DNA of 64,000 nucleotides from Gammaproteobacteria bacterium (GTDB lineage Bacteria; Pseudomonadota; Gammaproteobacteria; Ga0077536): NCBI GenBank assembly GCA_963662545.2, contig CAXXLL010000003.1, positions 128,001 to 192,000 of the forward strand, read 5' to 3'. Shown piece by piece: positions 61,019 to 64,000 of this stretch (position 1 is its first letter; each line of letters starts with the position of its first letter). The notes under the pieces were generated by a model. It saw only the letters and a program-made list of their open reading frames with translations, ran no database searches and was not told where the DNA came from. The position numbers and the translations under genes were made by a program.

Positions 61019-63166
61019 TCAAGCCCCAATCGAAGCCATCCCACTCTGATGCCGGCACAATCCAGCGTAATAGCCCCCCTGCTCCACCAACTCCCGATGC
61101 GTTCCCTGCTCCACCAGCCGACCCTTGTCGATCACGAGGATGCGACTGGCGATCCGCACCGACGAAAGCCGATGGGCGATGACAAAAACGGTCCGCCCGT
61201 TGCAGATGTAGCGCATGTTCTGCTGGACGACGACCTCGGATTCGTAGTCGAGCGCGCTGGTCGCCTCGTCGAATAACAGGATCCGGGGATTGGTGATCAA
61301 CGCACGCGCGATCGCGATGCGCTGCCGCTGACCGCCGGACAGGTTCGAGCCGTGCTCGCCCACCAAGGTGTCGTAGCCTTCCGGTAATTCGAGAATGAAA
61401 TCGTGCGCGCCCGCCAGCTTTCCGGCGTGTACGACACGCTCCATGGGTATCGCGGGGTCGGTGAGCGCGATGTTTTCCCGCACCGTCCGGTTAAACAGCA
61501 CGTTTTCCTGCAGCACCACCCCGATGTTCCGCCGCAGCCAGGCCGTGTCGACCATGGCGAGATCGACACCGTCGACGAGCACGCGCCCGCCCTGGGGCAC
61601 GTACAGGCGCTGGACGAGTTTCGTCAGTGTGCTCTTGCCCGAGCCCGAGGGGCCCACAATGCCGATGATCTCGCCGGCTTCCGCATCGAACGAAAGGTCG
61701 GACAAGACCTCAGGGCCGTCGGGCCGATAGCGAAACGTAACGTGATCGAACGCTACGCGCCCCTCTAACTGCGGGAGCGAACCGCGGCTCGGGCTGTGCG
61801 CGGGCTCCGGCTGCGCATTTAGGATGTCGCCGAGGCGCTGCACTGACACGCCGGCTTGCTGAAAATCCTGCCATAGCTGTACGAGCCTCAAGATCGGCCC
61901 AGAGACCCGTGCGGCGAGCATGTTGAAAGCGACGAGCTGCCCGACGGTGATCGCACCCTCTATCACGAGGTGCGCGCCGAGCCACAAGATGCCAAGCACC
62001 ATCACCTTGTTGATGAACGAGGCACTTTGGTTGGCGATGGTCGAGAGCTTGGTCGTTTTGAAGCTGGCCGCAACGTAGGCAGCGAGCCGCTCCTCCCAGC
62101 GCCGCTGCGTGGAAGGCTCGACTGCCGCGGCCTTGAGCGTCTCGATGCCGGACACTGCTTCCACCAGATATGCCTGGTTATCCGCGCCGCGATTGAATTT
62201 TTCGTGTAGCCGCGCCCGTAGCGCCGGCGTGATGGTGAATGCGAGGATCGCGTAAAAGGGTAAGGTCGCCGCAACCACGAGTGTCAGCATGGGGCTGTAG
62301 AGATACATCACGGCGAAAAAGACGACCGTGAATACGGCATCGACCAGCACTGTGATCGAGGAGCCGGTAATAAAATTGCGAATTGTCTCCAGCTCACGCA
62401 CGCGCGCGACGGTATCGCCCACGCGGCGCGCTTCGAAATAGGCAATCGGCAAGCGCAACAAGTGTCGAAACAGATCGGATCCCAACGCCACATCGATGCG
62501 GTTGGTCGTGTGCGCGAGCACATAGGTCCGCAAGCCCCCAAGCACGACTTCGAAGACCGAAACGATTAAAAGGCCGACGCCGAGAATATCCAGTGTCGTC
62601 AGGCCGCGGTGGACCAGTACCTTGTCGATCACGACCTGGAAAAAGAGCGGCGTGACCAGCGCGAACAACTGCAAGAAGAACGAGGCGATTAGCACCTCGC
62701 CGAGATACTTACGGTACTTGAGGATAAACGGGATAAACCAAGAGAAATCGAAGCGGCTGAAACGCGCACTGAGGATAGCGCGGCGCGTTAAGAGGATGAG
62801 CTCGCCACTCCACTCGGCCTCGAAGGCGTCACGGCTCAGCGTTTCAGGAGCGTTGCCATCGGCGCGTTTGATCAGGACCTGATCGTCGCGGACACCGGCC
62901 AAAATGACGAAGTCAGTCTCGCCGAGCCTCGCGATCGCAGGCATCGGTGTCTCGCTAAGCCGACTCCAGCTCGACGCCACCTTGCGAGCCTTGAGCCCGA
63001 GCCATTTCGCGGCACGCAGGAGATCGCCCGTGTCGAACGGGCGATCTGAGGTGCCGAATTCGTGCTGAATCTGCGCTAGGTCCGCCGGCAACTGATGGAG
63101 ACGCGCGACCGTCACCAGGCAGGCCAACCCCGAGTCGAGCACGGTTCGCCCTACCGGCGAGAACAT
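61019..63166 (-). CDS. HlyB-family T1SS ABC transporter with a C39-like domain
   Basis: DSGLACL, FQVVIDKVLVHRG, GPSGSGKST, LSGGQRQR, DEATSALD; ATG 63166 after GGAGGA. Confidence 0.95.
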   Translation of the reverse strand: MFSPVGRTVLDSGLACLVTVARLHQLPADLAQIQHEFGTSDRPFDTGDLLRAAKWLGLKARKVASSWSRLSETPMPAIARLGETDFVILAGVRDDQVLIKRADGNAPETLSRDAFEAEWSGELILLTRRAILSARFSRFDFSWFIPFILKYRKYLGEVLIASFFLQLFALVTPLFFQVVIDKVLVHRGLTTLDILGVGLLIVSVFEVVLGGLRTYVLAHTTNRIDVALGSDLFRHLLRLPIAYFEARRVGDTVARVRELETIRNFITGSSITVLVDAVFTVVFFAVMYLYSPMLTLVVAATLPFYAILAFTITPALRARLHEKFNRGADNQAYLVEAVSGIETLKAAAVEPSTQRRWEERLAAYVAASFKTTKLSTIANQSASFINKVMVLGILWLGAHLVIEGAITVGQLVAFNMLAARVSGPILRLVQLWQDFQQAGVSVQRLGDILNAQPEPAHSPSRGSLPQLEGRVAFDHVTFRYRPDGPEVLSDLSFDAEAGEIIGIVGPSGSGKSTLTKLVQRLYVPQGGRVLVDGVDLAMVDTAWLRRNIGVVLQENVLFNRTVRENIALTDPAIPMERVVHAGKLAGAHDFILELPEGYDTLVGEHGSNLSGGQRQRIAIARALITNPRILLFDEATSALDYESEVVVQQNMRYICNGRTVFVIAHRLSSVRIASRILVIDKGRLVEQGTHRELVEQGGYYAGLCRHQSGMASIGA

Positions 63167-63408
63167 GGGTAGCGTCCTCCGCGTTGTTTTTGTGATCGAG
63201 CCAAGAGGAATTGTTCCCAAGTGTGCGGTCGCCGTTCAAGCGGAATGTCGCGTTAAAGAAGATTTGGGTCGGTTGCCGGGAATATTTCCTAAAATGGTCT
63301 AAGGTCTACGCCCGAGATATGCTCCGAATAGTGGGTGGGATTGTCATTGTGTAGGTTCACGATCGGCCGTCACGGTGGTCCACCTGTGATCCCACATCGG
63401 AAGTGAAC

Positions 63409-63540
63409 ATGACGCCGAAGATTCAATCCATTGCACTCTGATTTTCTCGGAGGTATGGTGTTCCAGTTGCTACACGTTCGATCGGTGGGACGCCGTCGTG
63501 TACCCTAATCGGGCCGTCCGCAGCGAACCGCTGGACATCA
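63409..63540 (+). pseudogene. Degenerate partial tandem copy of the downstream small exported protein gene
   Basis: atgacgccgaagattcaatccattgcactctga...gatcggtgggacgccgtcgtgtaccctaatcgggcc aligns with 63631-63762; has a stop and indels. Confidence 0.75.
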
Positions 63541-63630
63541 TTAATGGGACCATCAGTAAGGTGGCCGTACCCTTTACGCTGGCTGCAAGAGGCTCGATAA
63601 GGGTACTGACCACTTATTCCTAATTCGAAC

Positions 63631-63921
63631 ATGACATCGAAGATTCGATCCATCGCACTCTGGTTTTTCCTGGCGGTAGGGTGTTCAGGCTGCGACATGT
63701 TCGATCGCTGGGACGCCATCGTGTACCCCAATCGGGCCAACCGCAGCGAGTCGCTCGACATCGGCACCTTCGGTTCGCTCGAGGCCTGCCGGGCGGCAGC
63801 GCTCGCCAAGCTGGAGGAGCTTAATATCCACGCGGAGATCGGCGGCTACGTCTGCGGCAAAAATTGCATGGTCCAGGACGGCTTCAGCAAATTGGGGATG
63901 TGTTCCGAAACCGCGCAGTAA
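63631..63921 (+). CDS. Small Cys-rich exported protein or lipoprotein
   Basis: Signal peptide with lipobox-like AVGC/SGC; SLEACRAAA, YVCGKNC...C. Confidence 0.7.
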   Translation: MTSKIRSIALWFFLAVGCSGCDMFDRWDAIVYPNRANRSESLDIGTFGSLEACRAAALAKLEELNIHAEIGGYVCGKNCMVQDGFSKLGMCSETAQ

Positions 63922-64000
63922 ACACAGTCGGTTATCATCTGCCGGATTTTGCGGCGGACAGCGCCGCATTTCGTACCCTACGGCGCCAGCGGGAACCCAT

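Overview
GC-rich, Gammaproteobacteria-like chromosomal window in five parts. (1) 1-8.1 kb: remains of an exosortase A/PEP-CTERM exopolysaccharide locus (amidotransferase, glycosyltransferase, 5'-truncated xrtA). It contains a GTAG-REP array with a RAYT HUH transposase and two toxin-antitoxin modules, and ends at a 3-kb IS1-like cargo element that joins two different truncated genes. (2) 8.1-30.3 kb: hybrid kinase/Hpt/GlrR-like relay, glmS, tRNA-Pro with tandem tRNA-linked repeats, thrS-infC-rpmI-rplT-pheST-ihfA, tRNA-Val, an RND pump, uvrB, an aminotransferase and tRNA-Asn. (3) 30.3-43.4 kb: a ~12-kb island with no visible integrase, bounded by a duplicated tRNA-Asn 3' end. Its catabolic gene blocks are separated by four direct copies of a 75-bp palindromic repeat, and related GG(G/T)G(A/T)CA-ended palindromes sit at gene truncation points and at IS10-like insertion sites. 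This is the best candidate for an undescribed gene capture/shuffling system. (4) 43.4-50 kb: PP2C phosphatase, a large membrane protein and a TPR protein. (5) 50-64 kb: a type I secretion locus with a ~2740-aa lipase-tipped RTX/cadherin/FG-GAP protein split at a G10 tract, a coupled upstream candidate immunity gene, and a degenerate GxxExxY gene with 9-nt-period hairpin repeats. All calls come from reading the sequence; no database searches were run.
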